A stretch of 64,000 nucleotides of DNA, taken from positions 67 through 64,066 of the forward strand of contig JABDGR010000001.1 of assembly GCA_013285985.1 (NCBI GenBank), given 5' to 3'. The notes under the pieces were generated by a model. That model worked only from the letters and a program-made list of their open reading frames with translations, was not told the DNA's origin and ran no database searches. The stretch comes from Verrucomicrobiota bacterium. Its GTDB lineage: Bacteria > Verrucomicrobiota > Verrucomicrobiia > Opitutales > JABDGR01. The position numbers and the translations under genes were made by a program. Positions 1-15,000 of the stretch are shown in pieces (within the stretch, counting starts at the first letter, position 1; each line of letters starts with the position of its first letter).

Positions 1-3000
1 GCCGGTGCCGGCAAAGTTCGGGAACGTAAGATTGGCGACACCCGGGGCGGTGGGCGTAACCTGGATGCCGTTAACCACCGCGCCGTTCGGCGAAACGCTG
101 TTGCCGTTGTAGGTCGTGGTCGCATTGCCGCCGAGCGCGCCCGTGCCGGTTTGCGGGCGAATGTTCGTCGAGACGGCTGTGGGTATATCCAAGGCCACCG
201 TTCCGTTGAACCCGGTCATGTTGCCGTTAACCGAGAGCGTGCCGGTGCTGGTCAACAACAACTCCAAGGTCACATTGGAATCCGTGCTGCGGATTTGGCC
301 CGTAATGGAACCGTTCTGGCCGCCGGGCGGATTCTGGAAAATGCTCGTGTTGTTCGAGCTAATCGGGCTGGGCGTGAGAATGTAAGAAGTGGCGTCGGAG
401 GCGCCGTTGGAGGCGTAGAAGTTGGTCACCCCGTTGCCTTCCATGAAGACAAATGTGCTGCCGGCCTGGCCCCAAATATTGCCCGAGAGCGTCGTGGATT
501 GGTCCGGCCCCAGAGAACCGGCCAGCAGGTAGATGTTGCCCGTGAAGGTGGAGTTTACCACCGTGGTGCCCGTGCTCAAAGGCGTGCCGCCCACGCCTAA
601 GACACCGCCGCCCGTCTTGAACAAATTGCCGGAGCCCTGGAGCGGGGTGATGTCACCCAGCGTGGAGTTATTTTCCGTCAAATCCATCGTCGCCCCCGTG
701 ACAACATTGATGATGCCGTTGCCCTGGATGTTGATGCTGGCGTTTTCGCCCATCGCCACGCTCGCGGTCGCCTGCAACGTGCCAATGGTGGCGGAGTTGA
801 GGGTCTGGAGATTGCCGTTGAAGTCGTAATATTGCAGTGTGTTGCTTGCATTGACGGTGCCGTTGCCGCTGCCGGTCAGGTTGACGAAGTGGTAGGCGCC
901 GGTATTGCCGGTAAGGTTGCCACTGGTGGCTGGCGACGGGCCCAAGGCCGTGTTGCTCGAGATGGACACCACGCCGCCCGAAATGGTCCACGACGTAATG
1001 TTGCTGGTCGTGAGGTTGGAGCTGTTGCCTCCGAGAACCAACGTGCCGGGGCCCGACTTGCCGATGTTGCTTGTGCCGAGCATCGCCCCGCCGATGGTCA
1101 ACGTATTGGCGGCCACATTGAAGTTGAAGTCATTCGGAATGCTCGAGTTGCCCCCAAAGGTAAAGTTACCGGTGCCGAGGCTCAAATTACCCGTGCCCAC
1201 ATAATTCAACAGTGAGGTGTTCAACGTGACGGGTACGGAAGTGAGCGACGTATTGCCCGCAGGAGCGTCAATGTTCCCAGCGTTAATGGTGAAGTTGCCC
1301 GTGCCCAAGGCGGTGCTGCCAGCACCACCACCGATGGACAAGGTGCCGCCGTTGAGGATAACGCCGCCGGAGAAGCTGCTCACCCCGCTCAAGGTTTGCT
1401 GGCCCGGGCCGTTGATCACCACGCCACCGGTCCCAGTGAGGCTGCCGCCAAACACGTCAAATACTCCCGCGGGCGGACCGAAATTCAGAGTCACCGGCTG
1501 CGGCGTCGGGGCATTAGACGGGCCATTGGTGTTCATCAAGTTCAGCGTACCATTGCCAATCAGGCCACCGATGTTCGCAGTGACAATGTTCGGGCCGAAC
1601 AGGAAATTCCCGCCCTGGTTGTCCACATCCAGCGTCGCATTTTGCGCCGCCTGCGAATTCGAGCTGCCGTTGCTGTTCAATGTCAGGTTGCCGCCCGCGT
1701 CAAAGAGCGTGCCCGAGAAGGTGTTGACGCCGTCCAAGACGAGGCTGCCGTTGCCGAACATTGTCAGGCTGCTCGGCTTGCCGCCGTTGTCGACGATGGT
1801 CGAGTTGATCGTCGTGTTGACCGGGCCAGTGTTGCCCGCACCAGTGTTGGTAGCATAGGTGGCAATAAACAATTCACCGCCAGCCGTGCCGGCTTCCAGT
1901 GTGCCGTTCAGGATGTTCACATTGTTAATAGTGGCATCGCCGACCACCCCGCTCGTCACCAAAATGCCGTTAACCGCCAGCACATTGCTGCCCAAATTCA
2001 GCGTGTTTCCGTTACCGCCATTGGGATGGCTGAAGCGCAGGGTGTTCAGCGTGAAACTGCCCGACGCGTTGATGGCGTTGGTGTTGCTTCCCGGTATGTC
2101 CGTATTCACGCCGAGACCGCCCAAGGAGCCGCCCAGCACCGTGGTGGCATCCGCCGGTTGGTCGCCAAAGTAGGGGTGAGCCGGGTCGGTCGCAACGGTG
2201 CTGTAGGGAACAATGAAATTGCCGCTGGCGCTCCTGGCGCCAAAGTCGATGCCGTTGACGATCACATAAGGCGCTCCCGTGATGAAGTCCGTAATCATCG
2301 AGCCCGCAGGGCTCTGCGGGATGGCCACCGCGTTTACATTTGCAGAGTTGGCGCCGCTAACACTATTCGTGACGAGTTCAAGCGCGCCACCCGGGTTGCG
2401 GGTCAGGGTGCTCAAGTTCATCGTCAGTACACCGGCACTGCCGCCGGTTCCCGACCCATTGTTCGTCAGGCTCAAAATCGCGCCGCCCGCGAGGGTGGTG
2501 TTGCTGACCGATTCCGTGTTCGTCGTGTTGCTCTTGCCGAGGATGGTCAGATTGCCGCCATCCAATACGAGCGTGGCGCCGGCATTCAACATGTTGTTCT
2601 GCGGGGCCGACGCCTGGGTGTGATCAAGTGTCAGCGTGCCGCCGAGGACCGAGGTTGTGCCGGTGTAAGAGTTGGCGCCGCCCAGCTGCAAAGTGCCCGC
2701 ACCGGACTTCGTCAGGCCAAAGCTGCCGCTGACGATGCCATCCATCGTCAGCGTATTATTCGCCACCACAATGTTTGGCGTGGTGTTGAGCGTCACCGTG
2801 CTGGTGCCAAAGCTCAGGCCCTCGGCGGAACCCAGATAGGTGAAGCCGTTGTTAATCACCAAGGGGACGCTGAGCGTCAGGCTCGTTACCGCAGTATTGT
2901 CAAAGCTGCCGCCATTGATGGTAAACGTACCGCTGCCCAACGCCGTGGCGCTAAGGAAGTCCAACGTGCCGGCCGACAAGGTGAAGCCGCCCACATAAAC

Positions 3001-6000
3001 GTTATTGGTGCCATTCAGTGTCAGGGTGGCATTCCCGATCTTAATCAGGCCACCGCCACCGGCGCCAGACACGCCCGGGCCGATGATATTGCCTTCAAAC
3101 GTCAGGGCGTTGGTAACATTCAACGTGCCGGTCACTCCGGTGCCGACCACCACATTGTGTCCCGATTGCAGGTCAATCGCATTACCCGTCAACAGGGTGC
3201 CAGATCCGCTGAAAGTCAGCGGCGCGGAAGCCGAGCCAAAGGCGCCGTCCGAGAAGTTTGGCGAGGGCAAACTGGTCGTGGTGTTCGTTATGTTGACATT
3301 GACGTCCAGCGTGCCGCTGTTGATGACGAAGCCGCCACCCATCGTGTTGGTGTTGCCAGTAATTAGCAAAGTGCCGTTGCCGATAAGGGCCACCGCGCCG
3401 GCCACCGCGCCGGCGCCGTTAACAATGTTGCCTCCGTAGGTCATGGTCAGGTTGGAGCCGATGTTAATCGAACCGACCGCCGTCGAGGCATTGCCCGCAT
3501 CAATGGTGCGGTTGGCATTCAGCGTGAGGTTGGCAAGGGGGTTCAGCGCGCCGCCCGACTGCGAGAGGTTCGCGGCGGAGTTGAGCGTGCCGCCCGCGAG
3601 AGTGATGGTGCCAACCGTGCCGTTAAAGGTCAGGTTGCCTGACGTGCCCGTGGCGGTATTGCCACCACCGAGAGTGTTGTCCGTCACCGCTCCGTTGGCC
3701 AATACGCCAAAACTCAAGTTACCACCCAGAACCACGATGTTGCCCACAAAGCCTTCCGAGGGAATGCCGTTAGTCACCGCCACATTGGACGTGACGTTGG
3801 CGTTATTCGCACTCAACACCAGCGTTCCCGGGCCCGTCTTGATCAATGTGTTGTTGCTGTTAAAGGAGGGATAGAAACCACTGATTGAATTAGTGTCGAC
3901 ACTGATCCCATCATTGTTGAAGTTGCCGGCGATGACGCCCGCAATCGTCAAGGTGCTGCTGGGGTTGACAATGTTAAACGTGCTGTCGCCGATCAAGGCA
4001 TAGTTCCCTGTGCCCAAACTCAGGTTGCTCGCCGTGCTGACATTGCCGAAGACAACGCCCCCGTTGACAATCGTGAAGGCGGGGGCGGTCAGCGTCATGT
4101 TCGCCCCACTCGTATTGTCCAGTCCGCCTCCCTGCAGATACAGATTAGTCGCGACACTGCCATTGGAAAACACGGTGGCACTCCCGACATTGAGCGTACC
4201 GCCATTCAGGAAGACTCCCCCGGTGAACCCGGCCACAGAACCTGTTAACGTCTGACTGCCCGGGCCCTCTATGGACAGATTCAAGCCCGTCAACGAACCA
4301 CTATAAACTGGATTCGCGTTCGACGCCGGCGTCAGGTGGATGGTAACAGCGCCGAGAGAGTCTGGGTTGTTCGCCGACCCGGCAAAACCGCCGAGATAGG
4401 TGTCGGAATCCGCCGCCGTCAAGCCGCCACCTTGGAAGTTAATGATGCTGTTCGACAGGAATTTGTTCGGCGCATTGTTATTGGCCCCCGGCGAGAACAA
4501 CGTAATAACGCCTTGATCGAGGAAGGTGGCGCCACCAAATGGCGTTTCCGAATTTGTCGGGTCATCACCAAATAACACAAGACCCGCACCCGCTTTGACC
4601 AAGTTTGTGGTGGTGCCGGTGATGCGCCCCGAGTCAATGAGGAGGCCTTCGTTATTGCTGGTGTCATTCTCTACAATCAAGATGTCGTCGCCAGCAGCCA
4701 GGGGCTGGTAGTTCATCCCCGTCAAGTTGACATTATTGCTGCCCATGGATGGCGACACAAGGATGCCTCCAACCGATACCGTGACCGCTCCGTTAAGAGA
4801 CACATCCCCCGTGGCCTGCAAGAACGACAGGGTCGACAATTGCAAGTTCGACGCCGTAACCGGGGTGCCCGGATCCGTGATGGTGGTTACATTCGCATTG
4901 TGCACGCTGTTGGTGAGCTGGGTCACGGCATTGACATTGGTATAGCCACCCGTGCCCGCCATCGCCACGATCGAGGAAGTGCCCGAGGAGCTCGCGTACG
5001 CGCCCCAGTCCGTCGAGGTCAGCGTGTTCAATACCACAAATGGCGTGCCGTTCGCATTGGCCACCGGGGTATGGCTCAAGGTTGCGTTCGAGGACGCCTG
5101 GAAAGTCAAGGTCCCGGTGGTAACATTCACGCCGCCGGTCAAGTTCACGGTCGAAAGCGTGGTCACGCTGCCCAGCCCAGAATTGACCTGGGGATTCGTG
5201 AGCGACGCCGTGACCAAATTCTCCGCGGTCACGTTCGAGTTGAACAGGCCCAGGATAACGCTGGCCTGGTTGTTTGACGCGATCAGATTACCGCTGGAAT
5301 CCGTCGACAGATTTACGATGATGTTGGTGCCAGTGATGCTCAAATTCGCCGCCGCATTGTTTGCCCCGGGATTCACGTAAGAAATAGTGATGCCGTTGCC
5401 CTGTGCGCCGACTTCGTTGGTCGAATTTGCCACAAAGGTCAGGTTATTGTTGCCGCTGACGCCCGTACCCGCCACCACTGACGGGAGATTCGTCGACAGG
5501 CTCGCGTCCGACCCGGCATCCGACAGGTACAACAGCCCGCCAGTCGTGCGCGACATCGTACCGAAATTCAGATTCAAAATCGGCCCGGCGCCGCTTGCAG
5601 CACCCGCCAGCGTGACATTGGCGATGCCCGTGCCGCCATTGACTGTCGTGGAAGCAAACGTCTGGGAGTTTGTCTGGCCCGGCACCACAATACCCTGAAC
5701 CGCCAGAGTGCCCGGCCCGTTCAATACCAGATTCGTGGGCGAAACACCGTTTCCGATAATGTTGGTCGCCGGCGCACCGGGGCTGTTGAAATTCAGCAGC
5801 AAGGTGCCGCTGTTGACGGTGGTCGTGCCCGTGTAGTTATTAAACCCGAACAGTTGCAACGTGCCGTTGCCCGTCACCGTCAACCCGCCTGTACCGGTGA
5901 TAAGGCCGCCGAAAGTCACATTGTTGACGCTCGTGTTAACTGTGCCAGTGACGCCACCCGCGAGACTGATGATCCGGGTCTTGGTCAGTGTAAAGTTGCC

Positions 6001-9000
6001 ATTGGCCTGCAAGGTCGAGGTTCCGTTGAAGAGAATCGTTGACGCCACATTCCCACCGAAGGCGGCATCGGCGGATACTCCCAGCGTTCCCGCATTGATC
6101 GTGGTATTGCCCGTATAAGTGTCCACCTGGTTCGTGCCGAGGGTCAACATACCGGTGCCCAGCTTCGTCAAGCCGCCGTCCACAGAGCCTCCGAGGGTCG
6201 AGTCGTGCACCAGGTTTTGCGAAAGAGTGATGTTGAACCCGTTTGTATTAAAGACTGCGCCGCCGCCGGAGGTGTCAATAATGGAGGTCAGCCCGGTGAT
6301 GAAGTTCGGATTGTTACCGGCCGCAATCAGGTTGCCGCCGCCCAGGATCAAAGTCGCCGACGAGTTGACCGTGGTGCCGAGGTTGGCCGCAATGATGCCA
6401 ATGGTGGTCAGGTTGCCGCCATCCAGCGCATAGCTCGCCTTGGCCGACCCCAAAGTCATCTTGGATTGGTCACCCAGAATCAGGGTGTAGTTCACCGGAT
6501 TCGTAGCGTTGCCGCTTCCCGGCAGGCCGACGCCATTGCCGGTCAACACCACATTGCCGCCTGTCTGGACGACCTTGGAAATGCTGAGGTCCGTCGGGTC
6601 GTCCTGGGTCGTGCCCTTCGACAGGTTCAAGTCATTCGCGGTCAGGTTCGCTGTGCCGCCAATGTTTAGAGTGGTGTTCGTGGTGCCAAGCGCAGCGCCA
6701 ATATTGCCCAAGGCCAATTCCAAGTTGGAGATGTATTGGCCGGAACCCGACAGCGTCACGGTGATATTGTCGCCGGGGGTGGTGGCAATGGAAGCGAAGC
6801 CCAGATTGCCGGTCGAATTCACTGTCACCAAGCCGCCGGTCCCGATGTTCAGATTAACGACATTGCCCGTCACCAACAAGTGCGCCGCGTTCAAGTTCGA
6901 GGAGAGGTTTGCCGCCCCAGTGAAGGCAAAGGTTCCGGCGCCCGCCACGGACAGCGTTTCGCCGTTGCCGGATTGATTGACCGTGCCATTCATCGTTACG
7001 GTGGTGCCGTTCAAGGTAACCGTCGTATTTGTGCCCAAAGTATCGCTGCTCGCCGAGGTGAAGAGGAAATTGCCCTGGTTGAAGTTAACGTTGCCGGACA
7101 AGTTGGTCGGATTGGCAATACTAAAGGTTCCGCCCAGGCCGTTCACCAAAGTGCCATTGTTCACCACCAGTACGCCCGTCGGAGCCAAGGCACCCGCGCT
7201 ATCCAAGTTCAACGTGCCGCCATTGAGGGTCGTATTGCCGGTGTAGGTATTGGTGCCGCTCAGCGTCAACATGCCGGAGCCAATCTTGGTGAGGCTGCCG
7301 CTGCCGATGAGGTGCAACGACGCATTGTCCGTCAGGGCGCCCGAGTAGGTCGTGTTGGCATTGTTGGCGCCCACAATCAGCGCCTCACCCACGTTGCCGG
7401 AGTTTTCCAAATCCAGAGTCTTGGTGCCGCTCAGGCCGCCCAAGGTTGCATTTACCAGCGTGCCAAAGCTCAGGTTGCCGCCCGTGATGTAATTAAGCGT
7501 GCTGTTTTGCAACGCCAGATTGGCGCCCAAAAGCAGCGTGCCTGCGGTGATGGTGGTGGTTCCGTTAAACGTGTTGTTCACCGCGAGGGTCAATGTGTTG
7601 CCCGAGCCGGACTGCGTCAGATTGCCCGTGCCGGAAATCGTGCCGTTAAACTGCAAGCTTTCGTTCTCATTGAAGAGCAACGTTCCGTTGTCGACGACGT
7701 TGCTGAACGAATTCTGCCCCTGATTGAATGTGCCGTTCGAAGTGCCGTTGCCCAATTGCAGTGTACCCGCGGTAATGATTGTGGATCCATTGTATCCCTG
7801 CACCGTGTTGTTGGCCAGAATCAAGGTCCCCGAACCAGCCTTGACCAGCGTGCCCGTGCCCGGCATGGCCGTACCCAGGGTCACCGTGTTTGCGCCGGTG
7901 TCGAAGGTGTCATTGCCGAGATTCAGCGAGGAAATTATCGGCGAAATATCGAGCGTATTGAGGCTGCCCCATTGCAGACCACCACCAGCCAGGGTGACAA
8001 GGCCCGTGCCAAAGTCGGTCAAGGAGCCCCAGTTGATCAATCCATTGTTGATAACCGTGCCGCCGGTGTAGAAGTTTTGCACCGCAAAGTTCAACGTGCC
8101 ACCGCCGGCCTTGACCAGCGTGCCGCCGCCGTGCAGTCCCGTGTTAAACGTGATGTTGTTAAGAATGTTTGTGTCAATCGTGTCGAGGCCCGAAGCCAAA
8201 CTCAGGTTGGGCGAAATATCCGTAATCGTTCCCACAGCGAATTGCACGCCGCCACCACCCAACGTGATGGTGCCCGTGCCAAACTCGTTGAGGTTATTGA
8301 AATTGATGAGGCCACCCGTAATGCTCGTGCCCGCAGTATAACTGTCGGCGGTGCCCCTCAAGGTGAGAATACCCGTGCCCGCCTTGATCAAGCTTCCGCC
8401 GGTGCCAGTCAGGTTGCCTGTGTAAGTCGTGCTGCTGTTGTTGTTGCCCACCGTGAGGGCCACGGGGTTGGTCACGTTGAGTGAAATATCCTTGGTGCCG
8501 GTCAAGCCGCCGAGAGAAGCGTTATTCAGCAAACCAAAGCTCAGGTTGCCGTTGCCTACATTGTAGCTCAGCGTGCTGTTTTGCAGCGCCAGGTTGCTGC
8601 CCAGGGCCAGGGTGCCCGCCGCGATATTCGTCGTGCCATTGAACGTGTTCGTGCCGCTCAACGTCACCGTGGTAGTCCCGGCTGTGCCGCCGGTGAGCGG
8701 GGTCAGGCCGTTCGTAAAGGTTCCGACAACCGCAGCGCCGCCGAGAGCACCCGCATTATCGCCAAAACCCAGCTGCACGTTAACCAACGCGGAGACGGTC
8801 GAATTGTTCACCAAAAGATTCAACACCTGTGCGGCCGTCGCATTGACGACCGAACTTCCATTTGTGCCCAGCGTCACAACGATTTGGTTGCCGGTTACCG
8901 CCACCGAGGTGGGAATGTTGGCGCCGGAGCCAGCCACAAAATTAATCTGCGGGATATTACCCGTGCCCGGAGCAACCGCCGTGAAGGTCAGGTTGCCATT

Positions 9001-12000
9001 GGCCACACCCGCCCCCAGAACATTCGAGGTGTCCAGCGAAGCGCGCCCGACGTTCGTGCCGTTGATGGTCAGGTTACCCGTGCCGCTGATGACGCTGCTA
9101 ATCGTCTGGGCGCTGCCCGCAACGATCGACAAATTCGCATTATCCAAAATGCCAGTTGTCGGCAAGCTCGGGACCGTAGTGTTTGTACCCGTACCACCCA
9201 GCAGCGTGCCGTTGCCAATTTGCAGTGTGCCGCCGGAAATGACGGTGCCGGCGCCGCCGGAAGTGCCCGTCCAGGTTTCCGGCTGAGTGATGGTCAAGGT
9301 GCCATTGCCCGCCTTCCCAAACACCCCGCTGCCGTTCAGCAGATTGTAGGACAACTGTTCATTGTTCCCGTTTGTGTCAAAAGAGTCCAATGTGGTGCTG
9401 GAGCCGCCGAGGACCACGTCGCGGGTCATGTCGATAATTGCGCCCGTCGCCCATTGGAGACCGCCACCCGACAGTGTAATTTCCGCCCCCGTGGTGCCCA
9501 ACGGGTGGGCCGTCGTGTTTGCCGTCGTGTTCGAGCCAAACACGCCCAGGGTGGAGAAGTCGATGAAGCCACCGTTGATCGTCGTCGTGCCCAGGAACGC
9601 GTTGGGAATCGAAATATTCGAAGCATTGGCGCCTTGGGCCAGCGTCAGGGTGCCCGTGCCAATCTTGACCAGGTTGGCCGCATTGCTTGCCGCGGTGCTG
9701 TTGATTAGTCCGGTAAAGGTAGTGCTCTGATTATTGTTGCCTATCGTGAGGGTGACGGCCGAGCCGCCGGAGGAAGTCAGCGTCAAGGCACTGCCATTGG
9801 CCACGGTGCCGCTCAGGCCACCAAAGGTATAGGCGGTGGGCGTGCCAAAGAGGAGCTTGCCGGTGGTGGCATTGAACGTCGAACCGCCCAAGGCGCTGGT
9901 GTTGGCCAGCGTCAATGTGCCGGTACTGATGTTGGTGAAGCCAGTGAAGGTACCCATCCCCGCCAAGGTCAGCACACCCACGCCCGACGTTGACACCGTC
10001 AAATTGCCCAGACCACCGATGTTACCTGAAATCGTGGTGCTATTGGCGCCCAACGAGAAAATGTTGGTGCCACCAAGCAGGCCATTGGTCGCCAGCAGGT
10101 TCGGCACGCCGGTGGCGGAGTTCGTCGGGTCAAGTGTCGTCGCACCGAAGACGAGCGTACCGCCGTTAAGTTCGAGTTGGTTGGTGGCCTGGGGGGCACT
10201 GTTCGTGGAATTGCCGAATGCACCGTTAATCGTGAAGTTTACCGATGCGCCGGTGACTATCACGTTACCGGTGAAACCGTTGCTGGTGGTGCCGTTCAAG
10301 GTCAAAGTGCCGCCATTGATGTTGACGCCGCCGGTCGTATCCAGGTTGCCGCTAAAGGCCTGATTGTTCGAGCCGGCTTTCGTGATCACGGCCGAACCGG
10401 TCAGGGTGCCGTTATAATTCGAGGTCGCCGTCGGCGTGTTGCCGATGGTCAGCGCCACCGGGGCGGACACATTGTTGCTCAAGGCAAGATTTACGTTGCC
10501 GGTCAGGCCGCCAATGGACGCATTGGTCAAGGACCCGAAGCTGAAGGAGCCGTTGGTCGCGGCATTAAGCAGGGTGATATTCAACGTGGCATTCTGCAGC
10601 GCAATATTGGTGCCCAAGGTCAGATTCGCGCCCTGCGCGATGGTCACTGTGCCGTTGAGGCTCGTCGTCGTCGGCGTCAAGTCGATGTTGGAAACGCCCA
10701 GCAGCGCAAGGCTGCCGGCCCCGGTCCAGTTGTTGGTGATAATCTGCTGGCCGGCCGGCTGGTTAAAGTTGATTGTGCCCGAATCGTTGAAGGTCGAACC
10801 ACTCGCAATCGAGCCGGTGGCGCCATCACCGATGGTCAATTGGTTGTTGGCGCTGACGTTGGTGGCACCCGTGTATAATTGCGTCGAGTTGATCGTGAGG
10901 ATTTGCCCGGATTTGCCGCCCACCACGATGCCGCCGTTGCCAATGACAACTTGGGAGAAGGTGGCCGCAGCGTTGGTGCCGTTAAAGGTGAGTGTGGAAT
11001 TAACCGAGCCATTGGATGTGACGGTGATGCAGCCCGTGCTGGTCGACAGCAGCGTGGCGGGATTCTGCGTTTGGTTGCCGAGAATCAGCGAGCCATTGAT
11101 GACGGTCGTCGTGCCGTTATACGTCTGCGGCGAGGTCAAGGTAAACGAGGTATTGTTACCCGTCATGGTCAAATTGGCCTGGCCGTTTGAGCTCGAAAGC
11201 ACGCCGCTGTAAGTCGTGCTGGCGACAAAGCCCACATTGAAATTGAGGTTGGAAATATCCAGATTCTCATTGCCTGACAGCGCGCCGATGTTCGCCGAAG
11301 TCGTGCCCGCGGGCAGTCCGGCAAAGCTCAAGGTGCCGTTGTTGGTGGCGACCAAATTGGTGATATTCACCGTGGCATTGAAGAACGCCAGCGGCGAGCC
11401 GAGGATCGCCGTCGCCCCGTTGCCAATATTCACGGTGCCGTTGAACGAGTTGTTGGCCGTAAACGTATCCGTGCCCGCGGTGATGTTTAGCGAACCGTTG
11501 CTCGAAATCGCATTGGAAATCGTGTTGGTGCCGGGAATGGCCAGGATCAAAGTTCCCGCGTCCGAGATCGCGCCGCCCAAGGGGGCGAAATTCGAAACGG
11601 TCACGACCTGGGTGACGGGGTTGGTGATCGCGACTGACACACTGTTGTTCAACTGCAGGCTGTTGTTCTTCGCGACGGTCGTCGTGCCAGTCATTCCCGA
11701 GGCGTCACCCGTGAAGTTGACGACGTAACCCGACGTGCCGTTGACAATCAACTGGCCGCCCACGCCAACGATCGTGACCGGGGTACCGCTGGTGCCGAGG
11801 GTCTGGGTGCTGGCGGTGCCGTCGAAATCCAGGATGCCGGAACCGTTAAAACTCGTGCTGGCCACCGAACCGAGGTTGGTGCCGTTACCCAGTTGCAACG
11901 TGCCGGCGCCGAAGCCGGTCGGGCCGGAGTAGGTTTGGGCTCCAACGATGGTCATGCAGCCACCGCCGATTTTGTTCAAGCTGCCACCTGCCCCGGTCAG

Positions 12001-15000
12001 GATGCCCGTGTAGGTGAAATTGCTGCCGTTGTTACCCACGGTCAGAGTCACGACGTTGCCGTTCAAGTCTTTGAGGGTGAAGTTCTCCGCACCCGAAAGA
12101 GCACCCAACTGGGGGTTCCCCAATGCACCACCGCCGAATTCCAGTTGACTGCCGGTGTTGACCGAATTGAACGTCGCGTTGCCCAACGCCAAGGGGTTGT
12201 CCAAGATAATGTTGCCCGCACCGGCATTGATGGAAACCGTGCCGTTAAAGGTGCTCGTGCCGCCCAAGTCCAAGTCAGGCAGGCTGTTTTGGGTGAGGAA
12301 ACCGGTCGTCCCGTTGGTCGGAGTCGCAGAAGAGCTGATATTGGCATTGAAGACGAACTTGGATCCCGCGGTGCCCGGCTCGTTGAAAATAAGCGTCGTA
12401 TTGTTGGCGCCAACCTGGATTGAACCGGCCAGATTGCCCGCCACGCCTACACCTGTTCCCACGCTTGCGTTGCCCAGCGACAGGGTCGTTGCGTTCGCGG
12501 TGGCGTTGCTGGTGCCGTTGGTGGTGACGATCAACTGGCCCGTGAAGGTTTCGTTGGCCGTGATGGTCACCGTCGATTTGAAATCTTGAATGTTCAGCGT
12601 TTGGTTGCCGCCAGTGATGGGCGTGGCCAGCACAATGCCGGCACCGCTCGGGGTGAGATTGAGGGTCAAGACGGGAGTGGCCGTGGCGTTGATAAAGTTG
12701 CCTACCGTGATGCAGGACCCGGTAATGTCGAACAATCCGCCGGAAACGGTTTGAATGGTGCCGCCGTTCCAGGTAATTCCTCCGGAGCCGATAGTGAGAT
12801 TGGCATTAGTCGTGGCTGCCGCGGTCGAATTGATGACCAATACACCGTTATCCATGACCGTGCCGCCAGTGTACGTGTTGTTGCCCGTGCCGCTCAGCAC
12901 GCTGGTATTGCCCAAGGTCAGCGTTCCCGTGCCCACTTTTATGAGTGAGCCGCCGGTGCCGCTCAAGTTGCCGGAATAGGTGGTGGAGTTATTGTTCGCG
13001 CCAACCGTCAGTGCCACGCCGGATCCGGCATACAATGACCCTTCTTGCAATATAAGATCCCGATTGCCGCTCAGGCCGCCCAGTGTGGCCGCCGTGATGG
13101 GGGTGCTGACATTGCCGAAGATCAAATTACCCACCGGGGTACCGTTGCTGTAAGATATTGTGCTGTTTTGCAAAGCGAGGGAATTGGCAATTACCAGGGA
13201 GCCCGCCGTGATGGTCGTGTTGCCCGTGAACGTGTTGACGTTCGTCAGAGTCAGGTTCGTGCTGCCCGCCTGCGTCAAGGCACCCAAGCCGGACAATACC
13301 GTGGTAAGGACGCTGTCCGTCCCCTCGCGGAAGACTAGGAGAGAGTTGTCGGTCAGGGCTGAAAACGACAACTGGCCGTTCGTGGCGCCATTGCCGAGTT
13401 GCAGGGTGCCGGCTGAAATTATGGTCGGCCCGAGGTAAACGTTATTGCCCAGCAAAGTCACACAACCTGAACCGACCTTGATAATGCCGCCCACGCCCGA
13501 GAACGGCGTGGTAACCTGGACGTTATTCCCGTTCGAGTCCAAAGTGTTCAAGTCGCTGGTCGGCCCGGAATTCAGGACGGGGTTCAGGATGCTCGACAAA
13601 TCCGTGGCCGTGTTCGGCGCCCATTGGATGCCGCCGCCCAAGAGCGTCAGGCTGTTCGCGGGGCCGTTGCCGAAATTCTTGAGCGAATTAAAGTCGATCA
13701 AGCCACCCTCAACCACGGTTCCACCAGCATAGGTATTGTTGCCGCTCAAGGTCAAGGTGCCCGCGCCAACCTTGATCAGCGAGCCACTGCCATTGCCGAT
13801 GTTACCCGAAATGGTTCCGGAGAACGTGCTGCTCGCGCCACCCTGACCCAGCGTCAACGTCACCGGATTGTCGCCCGCCTGGGTGACCAGCGCGAGACTG
13901 CCATTGCCGCTGAGGCCGCCCATCGTCGCCGATGTCTGCGTGCCAAAGCTGAAATTCCCCGCGCCGCTGTTCAGCCCCAGGATGCTGTTCTGCAACGCCT
14001 GCGGATTACCCAAAACCAGCGTGCCGGCATCAACATTGGTCACGCCCGTGTAGGAATTGACTCCGGAAAGGGTCAGCGTGCTTTGCGCCGGGGCCGCGCC
14101 GTTGCCGAGGGTGAACGGGGAACCCCCTGTCGCACTCAGTACGCCGGTACCGTCACTACCCGATCCAATCCCCGCGATCACCGTGGCGTTCGAGGTCGCA
14201 TTGCCATTGATCGCCGCAACCACCGCGGCCGCGTTGCTAAAGTTCGGGTTCGTCCCGCCCGCCAGGGCCGTCGAGGTGAGTGCACTGACATTACCCGCTC
14301 CCGTGCTGCCCACCGGCAACGACGCGGTAACGAACGCCGCGGCCGTCGGATTCGTGTTAATCAAAGTCACGATGGACGAAGAGTTTGAAGTGATGACTCC
14401 GCCACTCGTCGCCAGGTTCACGGTAATCGTGTTGCTCGTGATGCTTAAATTCGCCGTCGGATTGTTCGCATTTGCGCTCGAATAGACGATGGCGATGTTG
14501 GAGCCCTGCTGGCCGAACCAGGCTGTTGAGTTCGCGGTGAACGTCACATCCGCGTTGTTGCCAAAGGTCGTCGTCAGGTTCGCCGCCGTACCGGTGTTGT
14601 CGGTGCCCAAAGTTACCGTAAGCGTATTGCTCCCAAACGCCACCGTCACCGGCTGGTTGGCCAGGTAGGCAAACGTGGGGGCGACATAAGCGACCTGGAT
14701 CCCGTTGCCGGCTGTCCCAATCGCCTGCGAGCGATAGATGATGTTCGTATTGGAGCCGGGATTCGTGATGATCGACGCCGGGGTGCCTTGATTGACCTCC
14801 ACATTGCCGCTGCCCGTAATAGCTTTACTGTAAGTCGTGGCCGAGGGCTCGTTGAACACCAAGTCGCCGTCGTCGAGAATATTGCCGGCAATTGAACCCG
14901 CATTGGTGATATTGCCTAACTTGAGGGTACCCGAAAGGATCGACGTGTCGCCCGTGTAAGTCTCCGTCTGAGTGTAGGTCACACTGCCATTGCCGCCAAC